From Bacilli bacterium (GTDB taxonomy: Bacteria > Bacillota_I > Bacilli_A > RFN20 > CAG-826), in NCBI GenBank assembly GCA_034185265.1, contig JAXFZD010000017.1, forward strand, positions 5,757-69,756: a stretch of DNA of 64,000 bases, read 5' to 3'. Under the pieces are notes generated by a model, which did not search any database, was not told the origin of the DNA, and worked only from the letters and a program-made list of their open reading frames with translations. The position numbers and the translations under genes were made by a program. Of this stretch, positions 36,256-46,028 are shown piece by piece. Every line of letters begins with the position of its first letter. The stretch's first letter is position 1.

Positions 36256-36816
36256 TTAGGCTCTCCCGTCGTATTTACCAGTTGTGGTATCAACTAAGAT
36301 TTGTTCACCTTGTTCAATGAATAAAGGAACTCTAATTGTGATACCAGTTTCAAGTAAGGCATCTTTACTTCCACCATTAGAGACTGTATCTCCTCTAACT
36401 CCTGGTTCACATTCAGTAACAGTTAAAACAGCTTTTGCTGGAAGAGCAACGCCAAGAACTTCATCTTCAAAAGTGACGATTGTGACTTCACTATTTGGAG
36501 TTAAGTATGGAAGTTCTCTTTCTAATCTTGACTTTGGAAGTTCAAGTTGTTCGTAGGTCTTTGGATCCATGAAAGCAAGAGTTTCTCCAGCATCATAAAG
36601 ATAGGTCATAACTTTCTTTTCAACGTGGACATCTTCGACTCCATAGCCAGAGTTACGAGCTAATTCGATAATAGCACCGCTTCTCATATTTTTAACTTTT
36701 ACTTTAGCGACCATTTTTCTCATGGCGGTCTTGTTAAGTAAGATGTCTAAAACTTGATATAAATTACCTTCATCGATGAAGTAATTTCCAGGTCTTAATT
36801 CTGTAACATTAATCAT
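36256..36816 (-). CDS. efp: Elongation factor P
   Basis: 186 aa. The N-terminus LRPGNYFIDEGNLYQVLD matches. An AAAGGAG SD is present. Confidence 0.95.
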   Translation of the reverse strand: MINVTELRPGNYFIDEGNLYQVLDILLNKTAMRKMVAKVKVKNMRSGAIIELARNSGYGVEDVHVEKKVMTYLYDAGETLAFMDPKTYEQLELPKSRLERELPYLTPNSEVTIVTFEDEVLGVALPAKAVLTVTECEPGVRGDTVSNGGSKDALLETGITIRVPLFIEQGEQILVDTTTGKYDGRA

Positions 36817-36912
36817 TGTAATAAATCTCCTTTAAAAACGTTAAAATTATACTCTCATTTATCATAGATAAAAAGACGTAATTTTTCATATTAAAATCGA
36901 ACAAAAAACTCG

Positions 36913-36926
36913 ATAAAATCTACTAA
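36913..36926 (+). repeat. Short copy ATAAAATCTACTAA of the 23-mer element
   Basis: The 14-mer is identical to 27762-27775. It overlaps the TAG stop of the MBL-fold gene. Confidence 0.45.
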
Positions 36927-37588
36927 ATTTTTCTTAGATACGGATTAAATTTAATTTCGTATTCTAAAGAGGTGGTCTCTCCGTGCCCTGGATAGATTTT
37001 TGTTTCTGGAGGTAAAGAGAATAACTTTGAAAGAGAAGAAACCATAAATCTTGGGCAGCTTCCTTTTAAATCACTTCTTCCAATAGAAAGCTTAAATAAA
37101 GTGTCCCCGGTAAAAAGAAGTCCATCTTCTTCAAAATAAAAACATGTAGATCCGCTTGTGTGAAATGGAGTTTCAATTACACGAATTTTGTATTTTCTAT
37201 CCTTATTTTCTTTATCAACGTACTTAAAAACAAGAATGTCTTCGTCTTCAAATTTATAAAATTTAAGATCTTCTTTTATTTGGAGAACTTTTCCAAAAAA
37301 TGAACTTCCTAAATTAAGTGAATCATCAAAAAGATAATCAAATTCTTTCTCAGAAACACAAATTAGGGGAGAATTTTCCTTATTTAACGTTTCTAATCCA
37401 GCAATATGATCAAAATGCCCATGAGTTAAAAGAATCGCAAGACATCCATTATGATGTTTTCTAACATAGTTAACCAAACAGTCATTATTGTTATAACCAA
37501 AATCAATAATAATCGCTGGTTCTCCCTCTTCTCCAACTACATAGATATTTCCGATTTCAGGAGAATAATTTAGTTTCGTAACTTTCAT
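36923..37588 (-). CDS. Metallo-beta-lactamase fold hydrolase
   Basis: 221 aa. The metal-binding motif LLTHGHFDHIAG is present. Confidence 0.75.
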   Translation of the reverse strand: MKVTKLNYSPEIGNIYVVGEEGEPAIIIDFGYNNNDCLVNYVRKHHNGCLAILLTHGHFDHIAGLETLNKENSPLICVSEKEFDYLFDDSLNLGSSFFGKVLQIKEDLKFYKFEDEDILVFKYVDKENKDRKYKIRVIETPFHTSGSTCFYFEEDGLLFTGDTLFKLSIGRSDLKGSCPRFMVSSLSKLFSLPPETKIYPGHGETTSLEYEIKFNPYLRKI

Positions 37589-37615
37589 TATATAAATAAA
37601 AAAGAAGGCCTAGCC

Positions 37616-37774
37616 TTACTTTTTTTCCTTATGTTGAGTTTGTTTTCTGCACTTTGGACAGAATTTGTTAATAAGCATTTTATCAGGATGAGTTCTCTTA
37701 TTTCTTGTAGATAAATAATTTTCTTCACCACAGACGCTGCATTTTAATATAACTTGTTCACGTTTTCCAGCCAT
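37616..37774 (-). CDS. rpmG: 50S ribosomal protein L33 (not in the supplied ORF track)
   Basis: My translation is MAGKREQVILKCSVCGEENYLSTRNKRTHPDKMLINKFCPKCRKQTQHKEKK. It has CxxC...CxxC and a GGAGGG SD. A small AAGGC/GCCTT hairpin plus a T run follows the stop. Confidence 0.9.
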   Translation of the reverse strand: MAGKREQVILKCSVCGEENYLSTRNKRTHPDKMLINKFCPKCRKQTQHKEKK

Positions 37775-37857
37775 CTTATTCCCTCCAAGCCGGTATAATT
37801 TACCACAATTAAAATAATAAATCTATACAAAGAATTGAGAAAAATAATAAAAATCAA

Positions 37858-37863
37858 TAAAAT
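37858..37863 (+). promoter_or_regulatory. -10 box TAAAAT exactly 6 nt before ispG ATG 37870 (leaderless-type promoter)
   Basis: The sequence reads caaTAAAATtgaactATG. No SD is present. Confidence 0.45.
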
Positions 37864-37869
37864 TGAACT

Positions 37870-38922
37870 ATGAGAAAAAGAAACGAAACAAAACAAATTA
37901 AAATTGGAAATATTTTTCTTGGTGGACAAGACAGAATAATTCTTCAATCAATGTGTAATATTAAAACCTCAAAAGTCGAGGAAGTATCGAAACAAATTAA
38001 TGAATGTGCTGCTCTTGGAGCTGATATTATGCGACTATCCTGCTTAGATAAAGAAGATGCCTACGCTTTTAAAGAAATTAAGAAAAGAGTTTCCATTCCT
38101 TTAGTTGCTGATATTCATTTCGATGCTGAATTAGCGATTATAGCTTTAGAAAGCGGAGTTGACGCAATTAGAATCAACCCAGGAAATATTGGAAACGAAG
38201 ATAAAATTAAAAGAGTTATTGAATGTGCAAAAGCTCATCACGCTCCAATTAGAATTGGAGTCAATAGCGGCTCTTTAGATAAAACTATTTACGAGGGAAA
38301 TGAAAAAATTAGAGGTAAATTCCTTGTAGAATCAGCTAAAAAACATGTAAAAATACTTGAAGATCATGGCTTTTACGACATTGTTATTTCCTTAAAAGGT
38401 TCCGATGTAATCGAAACTATTGAAGCATATAAAGAAGCAGCTAAGGTCTTCCCTTATCCACTTCATTTAGGAGTAACTGAAGCAGGACCAAAAGATATTG
38501 GACTTATCCGCTCTTCCGCTGCTCTAGCTCCGCTTCTACTAGAAGGAATTGGAGATACAATTAGAATTTCTCTTTCTGATGATCCAAAAGAAGAAATCAA
38601 AGCAGAATGTAGACTTCTTCATGATTTAGGCTTATTAAAAGATTATCCAACTTTTATTTCTTGCCCAACCTGTGGAAGAACTCAAGTCTCCTTAATTAAA
38701 GTTGCTAGCGAAATTCAAAAATATCTTGAAGAACATAGAATAAATAAATCTGTTGCCGTCATGGGCTGCATAGTTAATGGACCCGGAGAAGCTAAGCACT
38801 GCGATTTAGGTGCTGCCGGAGGTAAAGGAGTCTGGGCAATATTTAAAAAAGGCGTTGTTATACGCCAAGTTAAAGATGAAGAAATAATTCAAGAAATGAT
38901 TAAAGAAATTAATCTTCTATAA
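37870..38922 (+). CDS. ispG: 4-hydroxy-3-methylbut-2-enyl-diphosphate synthase
   Basis: 350 aa. It has a TIM-barrel N-terminal domain and Fe-S cysteines (CPTCGRTQV ... GCIVNGPGE). Confidence 0.9.
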   Translation: MRKRNETKQIKIGNIFLGGQDRIILQSMCNIKTSKVEEVSKQINECAALGADIMRLSCLDKEDAYAFKEIKKRVSIPLVADIHFDAELAIIALESGVDAIRINPGNIGNEDKIKRVIECAKAHHAPIRIGVNSGSLDKTIYEGNEKIRGKFLVESAKKHVKILEDHGFYDIVISLKGSDVIETIEAYKEAAKVFPYPLHLGVTEAGPKDIGLIRSSAALAPLLLEGIGDTIRISLSDDPKEEIKAECRLLHDLGLLKDYPTFISCPTCGRTQVSLIKVASEIQKYLEEHRINKSVAVMGCIVNGPGEAKHCDLGAAGGKGVWAIFKKGVVIRQVKDEEIIQEMIKEINLL

Positions 38923-39801
38923 GTTATTCTTCCAATCTAATTCCATTTTCTTATTTCTTATAATTTCAATTTCCTTCTTATAAGGAGGTTTTCCATCTAC
39001 ATATGGAGTTTCTAATATCTTAGGAATGTCTTTTAATCTAGGATCGTAGACAAATTCAAGTAAAGAAGAGAATTCAATAAATCCATATCCGATATTTTCA
39101 TGTCTATCTTTATGAGCTCCCATAGGATTTTTAGAGTCGTTTAAATGAATAACTTTTAATTTATCTAAACCGATAATTCTATCGAATTCATCGATAATTT
39201 CTTTAGGTTTAGTTAAATCATATCCCGCATCAGAAATATGACATGTATCTAGTGTAATTCCAATTCTATCTTGCTTATGAATAGCTTTTATAACTCTAGA
39301 GAGAAATTCAAAATTAGTTCCTAGTTCGCTTCCTTTTCCTGCCATAGTTTCTAAACAAATTATGACATTTGAATCATCGTTATCTAAAACTTCATTTAGT
39401 CCTTCGACTAAAGATTCAAATCCAACTTCTTCCCCCATTTTTACATGAGATCCTGGATGAAGAACGAGTAAAGAAAGTCCAAAAGCAGCAACTCTAGAAA
39501 TCTCTTGAGCTAAAAATGAACGAGCTAATTCGTATGTTGGACCATTTAATTTGTTTCCTAAATTAATTATATAAGGAGCATGAACAACAATTTTACTTTC
39601 ATCTAACCCTGCTTCTTTTATAGCTTGCCTTCCTTTTTCTACATTAAGCTCACTTACAGGTTTTCTAAAAGTATTTTGCGGAGCTCCTGTATAAAACATA
39701 AAAGTATTAGCTTTATAAGAAAGAGCTTCTTTAACTGTTCCTAAATAATATTCAGGAGAAGATAATCCTACATGACATCCTAAAAACACATTTTCGCTCA
39801 T
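38917..39801 (-). CDS. nfo: Endonuclease IV
   Basis: 294 aa. Motifs HPGSHV and HLNDSKN are present. It follows the DEAD-box helicase gene, as in Bacillus cshB-nfo. Confidence 0.9.
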   Translation of the reverse strand: MSENVFLGCHVGLSSPEYYLGTVKEALSYKANTFMFYTGAPQNTFRKPVSELNVEKGRQAIKEAGLDESKIVVHAPYIINLGNKLNGPTYELARSFLAQEISRVAAFGLSLLVLHPGSHVKMGEEVGFESLVEGLNEVLDNDDSNVIICLETMAGKGSELGTNFEFLSRVIKAIHKQDRIGITLDTCHISDAGYDLTKPKEIIDEFDRIIGLDKLKVIHLNDSKNPMGAHKDRHENIGYGFIEFSSLLEFVYDPRLKDIPKILETPYVDGKPPYKKEIEIIRNKKMELDWKNNL

Positions 39802-39803
39802 AA

Positions 39804-41150
39804 TTAGTCTTCTTTCTTACGATGTTTATTTATAGATTTTGAGATAGCTTTTCTACGATATTTATTTTTTACTCGATCAATAGCCTTCTTTTGTTTCTTT
39901 TTATAACCAGGTTTAACTACATTAGAAGAAGTTCTAGCTTTTGCTATTTTAACTTCTTTAGCTTCTTCTTCAGAGAAAGCTTTTTTTCTTGGGGAGGTAT
40001 ATTTTTCTTTTAATCCTAAAGGATCATCGACGAATTTTCCTCCTTTTAAGGTTAAATAGGAAACGCTAAGCCCATTTTCTAGAAGAGATTTAACTTTTTT
40101 GGTTTCATCTATGTTATAAAAAACATAAGAATTGCCTTCTTTTCCAAATCTTCCTGTTCTTCCAGCTCGGTGATAATAATAGGAAAGGTCAGAAGGCAAA
40201 TCTAAAGAAATTACATCGCTTACATCTTCAATATCGATTCCTCTACTAAGTAAATCTGAACAAACTATGACTTGGAATCTATTTTCTTTTATTAATCTAA
40301 TTATCTTTTTTCTTTCTCTAGTTTCTAGTTCTCCAGAAAATTTAGTAACTTGATAATCTAGATCTCTTAAATAAGCATAAGCCTTATTTACATCTTCCTT
40401 TTTAGAAGCAAAAACTAAGCATAAATACGGGCTTTTTTCCTTTAAGAAGAGGTGTAAAGCTTCTAATTTTCCTATATGTTTAACATTAACGAAATAATGT
40501 TTAACTTTTCCAGCGGTCTTATTTTTCTCTCCTTCATAGAGGAAAGAAGATTCAATATATTTCTCTAAATGTTGCTTTAAAGATAAAGTTAATGTAGCAC
40601 TAAAAACCATAGTTTGAACTTTTTTATCTAATAGAGAATAAATTTCATCGATATCTTCAAAATATCCGTTCTCCATAAGCATGTCAGCTTCATCCAAAAC
40701 AAAGAATTTAACTGAATGAAGATTTAAGATATATGAACTTGAGAGTAAATCTTTTAGTCTTCCTGGAGTTCCTATAACCATATGAGGAGATTTACTTGTT
40801 CCTTCTATATTAGAAGAAGTATCGCTTTCAGAAGTAAATAGTCTAACTCTAAATAAAGGGAAATATTTTTTGAAGACAACAGCAAAATCATAAACTTGTC
40901 TAGCCAATTCCCTGCTAGGACAAATAATAATTGATTGTAATTTATCTAATCTAAAATCACTTTGATCAATAATCGGGACCAAATAAGAATGAGTTTTTCC
41001 CGATCCAGTCTCACTTTGGCAAAGTAAAGAATTCCCGCTAAGAGCTTTAGGAATAACTCTAGATTGAACAGGAGATGGATTTAAATAACCTTCTTTTTTT
41101 AAAGCATTTACAATCTCTTTAGATAAATTGAATGAGCTAAAACTATCCAT
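39804..41150 (-). CDS. cshB: DEAD-box ATP-dependent RNA helicase (CshB-like)
   Basis: Motifs ETGSGKT, VLDEADMLM, FSATL and HRAGRTGR are present. ATG 41150 is preferred, because the ORF-track TTG 41159 overlaps the -10 box. Confidence 0.8.
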   Translation of the reverse strand: MDSFSSFNLSKEIVNALKKEGYLNPSPVQSRVIPKALSGNSLLCQSETGSGKTHSYLVPIIDQSDFRLDKLQSIIICPSRELARQVYDFAVVFKKYFPLFRVRLFTSESDTSSNIEGTSKSPHMVIGTPGRLKDLLSSSYILNLHSVKFFVLDEADMLMENGYFEDIDEIYSLLDKKVQTMVFSATLTLSLKQHLEKYIESSFLYEGEKNKTAGKVKHYFVNVKHIGKLEALHLFLKEKSPYLCLVFASKKEDVNKAYAYLRDLDYQVTKFSGELETRERKKIIRLIKENRFQVIVCSDLLSRGIDIEDVSDVISLDLPSDLSYYYHRAGRTGRFGKEGNSYVFYNIDETKKVKSLLENGLSVSYLTLKGGKFVDDPLGLKEKYTSPRKKAFSEEEAKEVKIAKARTSSNVVKPGYKKKQKKAIDRVKNKYRRKAISKSINKHRKKED

Positions 41151-41164
41151 ATGCGACAATTATA

Positions 41165-41188
41165 ATAGAAAAGATTTCCCTTTTCTAT
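41165..41188. promoter_or_regulatory. Perfect 9-bp inverted repeat ATAGAAAAG-atttcc-CTTTTCTAT in the divergent cshB / ispH control region
   Basis: Read directly from the sequence. It lies just downstream of overlapping divergent TATAAT boxes (ATTATAAT 41159-41166). Confidence 0.3.
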
Positions 41189-41210
41189 TTATTAAGGGCA
41201 AAATAAGATC

Positions 41211-42065
41211 ATGGAAATTATTTCTTTAAAACCTTTTGGATACTGCGTTGGAGTTTCTAATGCAATTTCTTTAATTTTAAAAGAAAAAGAAGAACATCCT
41301 AATGATGAGATTTTTCTACTAGGTTTACCAGTTCATAACGAAGAAGTTGTGAATACTTTAAAAGAAAAAAACATACATTTAATCGATGAAAAAACTATTG
41401 ATTTAGAAAAAGCTCTGGAAGAAATTAAAGAAGGATCCACTGTTATTTTTTCGGCTCATGGACACCCAAAAAAATATGAAGAAATAGCAAAAAGACGAAA
41501 TTTGAAAATAGTTGATACAACTTGCAAATTCGTAAATGAAAATCTTCTTTATGCAATTAAAGAAAATAAAGATGTTATCTATATTGGGAAAGCTACTCAC
41601 CTAGAAACTATGGCTTTTTTAGCTAACTATCCTTCTTCTTTTTATGATGTTAATTCTAAAAAATTAGTATTAAAAGAGGGCATAAAAGATCCTTTGATTA
41701 TCTCTCAGACAACTTTAACAGAAAAAGAAATTGAAGAAGGAGAAAAAGAAATTTATTCGATTTTTCCTAACCCAATAAAAGGAAAAGAAAGATGTTTTTC
41801 AACTAAACTTAGACAAGATGCCATAAAGAACTTAGATAGAAAAAGTGTTGATTATGTGCTTGTTTTAGGGTCAAAACTTTCTTCTAATTCTCTAGCACTA
41901 TATTCTCTTGCTCTTTCTTTAGGATTTGAAGCTTACATTTGCTTAAATCTAGAAGAAGTTAAGAAAATAAAATTTGATAAAAATAAAAAGATTGCTCTAA
42001 CAAGCGGGGCTTCCACTTCTCAAGCAACTTTTAATGAAGTCTATAATTATTTAAAAGAGATTTAA
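41211..42065 (+). CDS. ispH: 4-hydroxy-3-methylbut-2-enyl diphosphate reductase
   Basis: 284 aa. Motifs FGYCVGVSNAI, VHNEEVV and SAHGHP are present. Confidence 0.9.
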   Translation: MEIISLKPFGYCVGVSNAISLILKEKEEHPNDEIFLLGLPVHNEEVVNTLKEKNIHLIDEKTIDLEKALEEIKEGSTVIFSAHGHPKKYEEIAKRRNLKIVDTTCKFVNENLLYAIKENKDVIYIGKATHLETMAFLANYPSSFYDVNSKKLVLKEGIKDPLIISQTTLTEKEIEEGEKEIYSIFPNPIKGKERCFSTKLRQDAIKNLDRKSVDYVLVLGSKLSSNSLALYSLALSLGFEAYICLNLEEVKKIKFDKNKKIALTSGASTSQATFNEVYNYLKEI

Positions 42066-42739
42066 TCTTTGAGTGCTTTAGCGATATAACGATAAAGTTG
42101 AAGATAATATTCTCTTTTTTCTTTATCTAAAACTGGACCATTTAGAATAGAATTAACTTTCTTTTTTTGTAAATTAAGCCAATCGATAAAAATTTCTTCT
42201 CTTTTTGCTAAATTTATTGGTCCAAATAAATAATCTTCTTCTTTATATGGCTTCTCTGGTTTACCTTTTCTAAATTTAATGATTGAATAATAAATTCTAT
42301 CTTCAAGTAAGATTTTTTCTTCTTCTATATGATAGCCTAGAGCTGTAATATGTTTTCTTACCTTTGCTATATCTCTATGAGGGTCAACTATTATTGAGTC
42401 TACATGGAACAATTTATCTTTATTTTTCTCGAGTATTTCGATAGTTTTTAGTCCTCCTATACCCGCAATGACTATAGAATTTACATCGTCATTTAGTTCA
42501 TCAAGTCCATCAGAAAGAGAACAATCTACATATGAATCGAATCCAGCTTCTTTAATCGCGGCTTTCATCCTTAGATAAGGTCCACTTTTATTTTCAACAG
42601 CTTGGCACCACTTAATTTGCCCTTTTTCGAATAAATATATAGGCAAAAGAGCATGGTCTGAGCCTATATCAGCCAAGTAAACATCTTTATCAACTAAAGA
42701 AGCAATTGCTATTAATCTTTTGGATTTAATTTTAATCAT
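42062..42739 (-). CDS. trmK: tRNA (adenine22-N1)-methyltransferase TrmK
   Basis: 225 aa. The motif [13 protein letters not shown] is present. It lies directly downstream of sigA, like Bacillus yqfN. Confidence 0.8.
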   Translation of the reverse strand: MIKIKSKRLIAIASLVDKDVYLADIGSDHALLPIYLFEKGQIKWCQAVENKSGPYLRMKAAIKEAGFDSYVDCSLSDGLDELNDDVNSIVIAGIGGLKTIEILEKNKDKLFHVDSIIVDPHRDIAKVRKHITALGYHIEEEKILLEDRIYYSIIKFRKGKPEKPYKEEDYLFGPINLAKREEIFIDWLNLQKKKVNSILNGPVLDKEKREYYLQLYRYIAKALKD

Positions 42740-44156
42740 CTTTATCTGGTGGAATTGTTGGTAAGGTTATTTCGCGATAATCTCCAAGTTTCTTCGCTCT
42801 AGTTGGATGACGAAGTTTTCTAATAGCTTTAGCTTCAATTTGTCTAATTCTTTCTCTAGTAACTCCGAATTCTCTTCCGACTTCTTCAAGAGTTCTTGGT
42901 CTATTATCGTCAAGTCCATAACGAAGTCTTAAGACTTTTTCTTCTCTATCAGTAAGATCCTTCATGATTTCATAAAGTTCTTCTTTAAGAAGCATCTTAG
43001 TTGTGTAATCTTCTGGAGATTGAACTTCTTTATCTTCAATAAAATCTCCTAAATGTGAATCATCTTCTTCACCGATTGGAGTCTCTAAAGAGACTGGTTC
43101 AAGAGCAATACGTTGAATTTCTCTAATTTTTTCTGGAGAAAGAGCTCCATCAAGCTTTTCAGAAATTTCTTCTGCAGAAGGATCTCTTCCTAATTCTTGA
43201 ACTAATTGTCTTTGAACTCTAGTCATCTTGTTAATGGTTTCAACCATATGAACAGGAATTCTAATTGTTCTAGCTTGGTCTGCGATAGCTCTAGTAATGG
43301 CTTGTCTAATCCACCAAGTTGCATATGTAGAGAACTTAAAACCTTTGGTGTAATCGAACTTTTCTACTGCTTTGATTAAACCCATATTACCTTCTTGGAT
43401 TAAATCAAGGAAATGCATTCCTCTACCGACGTAGTGTTTTGCAATAGAAATAACAAGTCTTAAGTTTGCAGTAATTAATTTATCTTTAGCAAGTTTAGCA
43501 TCTTCGATTGTGTACTTTAAATCTCTAATTTCTTGAGCAGAAGCGTTAGGATCATCTTTAATTTTGTCTAACTTTTCTTGAGCTTCAGCTCCCAAAGCAA
43601 TTCTTTTTGCGAGTTCAGGTTCTTCAGCGGGGTTAAGTAAAGGAACTTTTCCGATTTCTTTAAGATACATCTTAACGGAATCATTAACTTTTACATCGCC
43701 AATTCCGGTTAAAGCTAAGTTAGTTACTTCATTAACATCTTCTATTTCACTTTCATCAAGATCATCAACATTATCGAGTTCTTCTTGTTCAAGATCTCTT
43801 TCCATATCTTCTAAAGACATAGTATCGGAGAAATCTGGTTCAGGTTCTTCATCTTCTTCTTCGCTTTCAACCTTGATATTTTGACTCTTGAAGAAATTAA
43901 TTAAGTTAGAAATATCATCATCAGTCAAATCAAAAGGTTCGATTGCATCGAAGATTGTTCCTGTATCAATAAAGCCATCTTCTTTAGCTGTTTTTAAAAG
44001 TTTTTCCTTAACTTCTTCAAAAGAAGGAAGTTTTTCATCTTCATCATCAACGTTGATAATGTCATCAACTAGAGCATCTAGACCTTCGTTGTTGATAATA
44101 TCTTTTTCATCTTTTGCGGCTTTCGCGCCTTTTTTTGCTTTCTTTTCTTTTGCCAT
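42732..44156 (-). CDS. sigA: Primary RNA polymerase sigma factor SigA/RpoD
   Basis: 474 aa with an acidic N-terminal region. Region 2 [14 protein letters not shown] and a region 4 HTH are present. The dnaG-sigA pair is conserved. Confidence 0.95.
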   Translation of the reverse strand: MAKEKKAKKGAKAAKDEKDIINNEGLDALVDDIINVDDEDEKLPSFEEVKEKLLKTAKEDGFIDTGTIFDAIEPFDLTDDDISNLINFFKSQNIKVESEEEDEEPEPDFSDTMSLEDMERDLEQEELDNVDDLDESEIEDVNEVTNLALTGIGDVKVNDSVKMYLKEIGKVPLLNPAEEPELAKRIALGAEAQEKLDKIKDDPNASAQEIRDLKYTIEDAKLAKDKLITANLRLVISIAKHYVGRGMHFLDLIQEGNMGLIKAVEKFDYTKGFKFSTYATWWIRQAITRAIADQARTIRIPVHMVETINKMTRVQRQLVQELGRDPSAEEISEKLDGALSPEKIREIQRIALEPVSLETPIGEEDDSHLGDFIEDKEVQSPEDYTTKMLLKEELYEIMKDLTDREEKVLRLRYGLDDNRPRTLEEVGREFGVTRERIRQIEAKAIRKLRHPTRAKKLGDYREITLPTIPPDKDD

Positions 44157-44167
44157 AAGTATTTCCT

Positions 44168-45964
44168 CTACTTCTTACTTAGTTTTTCTCTTCTTTTTTT
44201 TGCATATTCAGCTAGAGAAGCAGCTGAAGTGTCCTTTTCATCGGATTTTTTCTCGATTGACTGCTTATATCGCAATCTTTCTTTTTCTTCCACAATTATT
44301 TCGCCACAGGCTTTTATCGTTTCTTCCTTAAAAGGAACAAAATTGTCTGACATAGCGATTTCAGTAATAATTCCTTTTAATCTTTCACCAGATTCGCTTT
44401 CTGATTGATCAATCTCTAACAATATTCCGTTAAGTTCGATTTCATCATGATTATTTTTATAATCAATAATGTAATTAGCGATTTCATCAAATGATGAATT
44501 GTAGAAACTCTTGATGTTCTTTTCGTAGAATTCCACTGCACCCTTCTCGCTTAACATATAGTAGAGAATGGTTTTCTCCGCATTTAGGAGCCTATTTAAG
44601 TTTTCTGAAGCAAACAGGAGATCATTTTTCTTATTAGATATATCCACTGTTTCTTCATTAAGCGCAGTTTCTTCAAATTTATATTCCTTAATCATCTCTC
44701 TAATTGCTTTATCGTGGAATCCAGTCGCATCAGCTAACTTATAAATATAATCTTCTTGCTCTAATCCAGGCCCTAAAGCAACTAATTTAGGAATAAAGTT
44801 GTTTAGAATTGCTTTTCTTTGATCTAGAGTTTCAACTCTATAAATTTTCTGGTAGAAATGGAGTTGGAACGGCAAGGCATCGAACAAATTGTTCATTTTT
44901 TTAACTAACGCTTCAGCTCCTTCTTGCTGCAATATGTCATCAGGATCCCTTAGATCATCCTGATAATCCACTATTCGGAAAGGAATTTTCGCTTGTTGGA
45001 ATTGCCCTATTATTTTCATCATTCCTTTTTGTCCGGCTTCGTCTCCGTCTAAACATAAACGAATTTCGCAGCGCAATTTCCTTAATAAATCTATTTGATT
45101 GTTAGTTAAAGCTGTTCCCATTATTGCAACAGCACTTTTAATTCCGGCTTTATCTAAAGCCATGACATCCATAAATCCTTCTAAAAGATAACAATATCCG
45201 TCATGATGAGCGCTATTTTTAGCATTATGGTAGTTATAAAGAATATTTCCTTTTATAAAAATAGGTGTTTCTGGAGAGTTTCTATATTTCTCAGTTCCAT
45301 CTTTTTCAATTTGTCTAGCTGAAAACCCTACGACTTGTCCTTGACTATCGCATAAAGGGAATATTATTCTTCCGAAATTTGTATCCAAGATTTTGTTTGC
45401 ACCTATATAACAAATGCCGATGTCCTCGATGGTTTTTAAAGAATGTTTTTTGGCTTGAAGATAGGAAATTGTTTTTTCTCCATCTAAAGGAGAATAGCCA
45501 ATTCCATATTTTTGAATTTGTTCTACTGAAATATTACGATTCTTTAAATATTCTCTAGCTTTGCTAGCTTCTTCAATTGATAAAGAATATTTGTAGAACT
45601 GTTGAAGGTCATTTATACATTTATAGAGAGGTTCTTTAGTTTCATCAACTCTCTTTTTAGGCATATTTTCATCAAGACGAGGATCTTTTATGCCACAGAT
45701 CTCAGCGACTTTTCTCACCGCAGTTATAAAATCGCAGTGTTCATATTTTTGAACGAATGTGAATGCATTCCCACCTGTCCCACAAACGAAACATTTAAAT
45801 ATTTGCTTATCTTTTGAGATAGAAAGAGAAGGATTTGTGTCATTATGAAAAGGACATATTGCCACATAGTTCTTTCCTTTCTTTTTTACCTCAATATAGG
45901 CAGAAACTACTTCAACAATATCAGATTTAGCTAAAATATCACTAATTAAGTCTTCTGAGTACAT
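44168..45964 (-). CDS. dnaG: DNA primase
   Basis: 598 aa. The zinc-binding motif [14 protein letters not shown] and the Toprim motif [11 protein letters not shown] are present. Confidence 0.95.
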   Translation of the reverse strand: MYSEDLISDILAKSDIVEVVSAYIEVKKKGKNYVAICPFHNDTNPSLSISKDKQIFKCFVCGTGGNAFTFVQKYEHCDFITAVRKVAEICGIKDPRLDENMPKKRVDETKEPLYKCINDLQQFYKYSLSIEEASKAREYLKNRNISVEQIQKYGIGYSPLDGEKTISYLQAKKHSLKTIEDIGICYIGANKILDTNFGRIIFPLCDSQGQVVGFSARQIEKDGTEKYRNSPETPIFIKGNILYNYHNAKNSAHHDGYCYLLEGFMDVMALDKAGIKSAVAIMGTALTNNQIDLLRKLRCEIRLCLDGDEAGQKGMMKIIGQFQQAKIPFRIVDYQDDLRDPDDILQQEGAEALVKKMNNLFDALPFQLHFYQKIYRVETLDQRKAILNNFIPKLVALGPGLEQEDYIYKLADATGFHDKAIREMIKEYKFEETALNEETVDISNKKNDLLFASENLNRLLNAEKTILYYMLSEKGAVEFYEKNIKSFYNSSFDEIANYIIDYKNNHDEIELNGILLEIDQSESESGERLKGIITEIAMSDNFVPFKEETIKACGEIIVEEKERLRYKQSIEKKSDEKDTSAASLAEYAKKRREKLSKK

Positions 45965-45972
45965 TGTTTCGA

Positions 45973-45995
45973 ATATATCTATATAAAATCTACTA
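45973..45995 (+). repeat. 23-mer intergenic element ATATATCTATATAAAATCTACTA
   Basis: 22 of 23 positions are identical to 27752-27774. It lies between the glyQS stop and the dnaG ATG and overlaps the putative dnaG -10 (TATATT on the minus strand, 45972-45977). Confidence 0.55.
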
Positions 45996-46028
45996 GTTTC
46001 TTACTTATTATTTCCTAGTAATTAACTA

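Noticed and set aside
37744-37947. 67-aa minus-strand ORF from the track (MKNYSVLSTKK...).
   Set aside because: It overlaps the ispG start and promoter and the 5' end of rpmG in another frame. Its composition is low-complexity and hydrophobic, as expected from AT-rich DNA. The L33 gene (37616..37774) explains the region.
43888-44331. 147-aa plus-strand ORF and the other antisense ORFs in the track: 2006..2263, 3129..3317, 4910..5095, 6829..7101, 9675..9866, 10512..10853, 11424..11636, 12370..12597, 12958..13314, 16616..16813, 24356..24547, 28265..28486, 30202..30651, 36018..36556, 41403..41600, 45602..45817, 49649..49852, 50826..51050, 51910..52179, 53749..53985, 57623..57886, 58526..58741, 61997..62224.
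   Set aside because: All lie inside, and antisense to or out of frame with, well-supported conserved genes. They have Ser/Leu/Phe/Lys-rich shadow-ORF composition, no SD, and no motifs I recognise.
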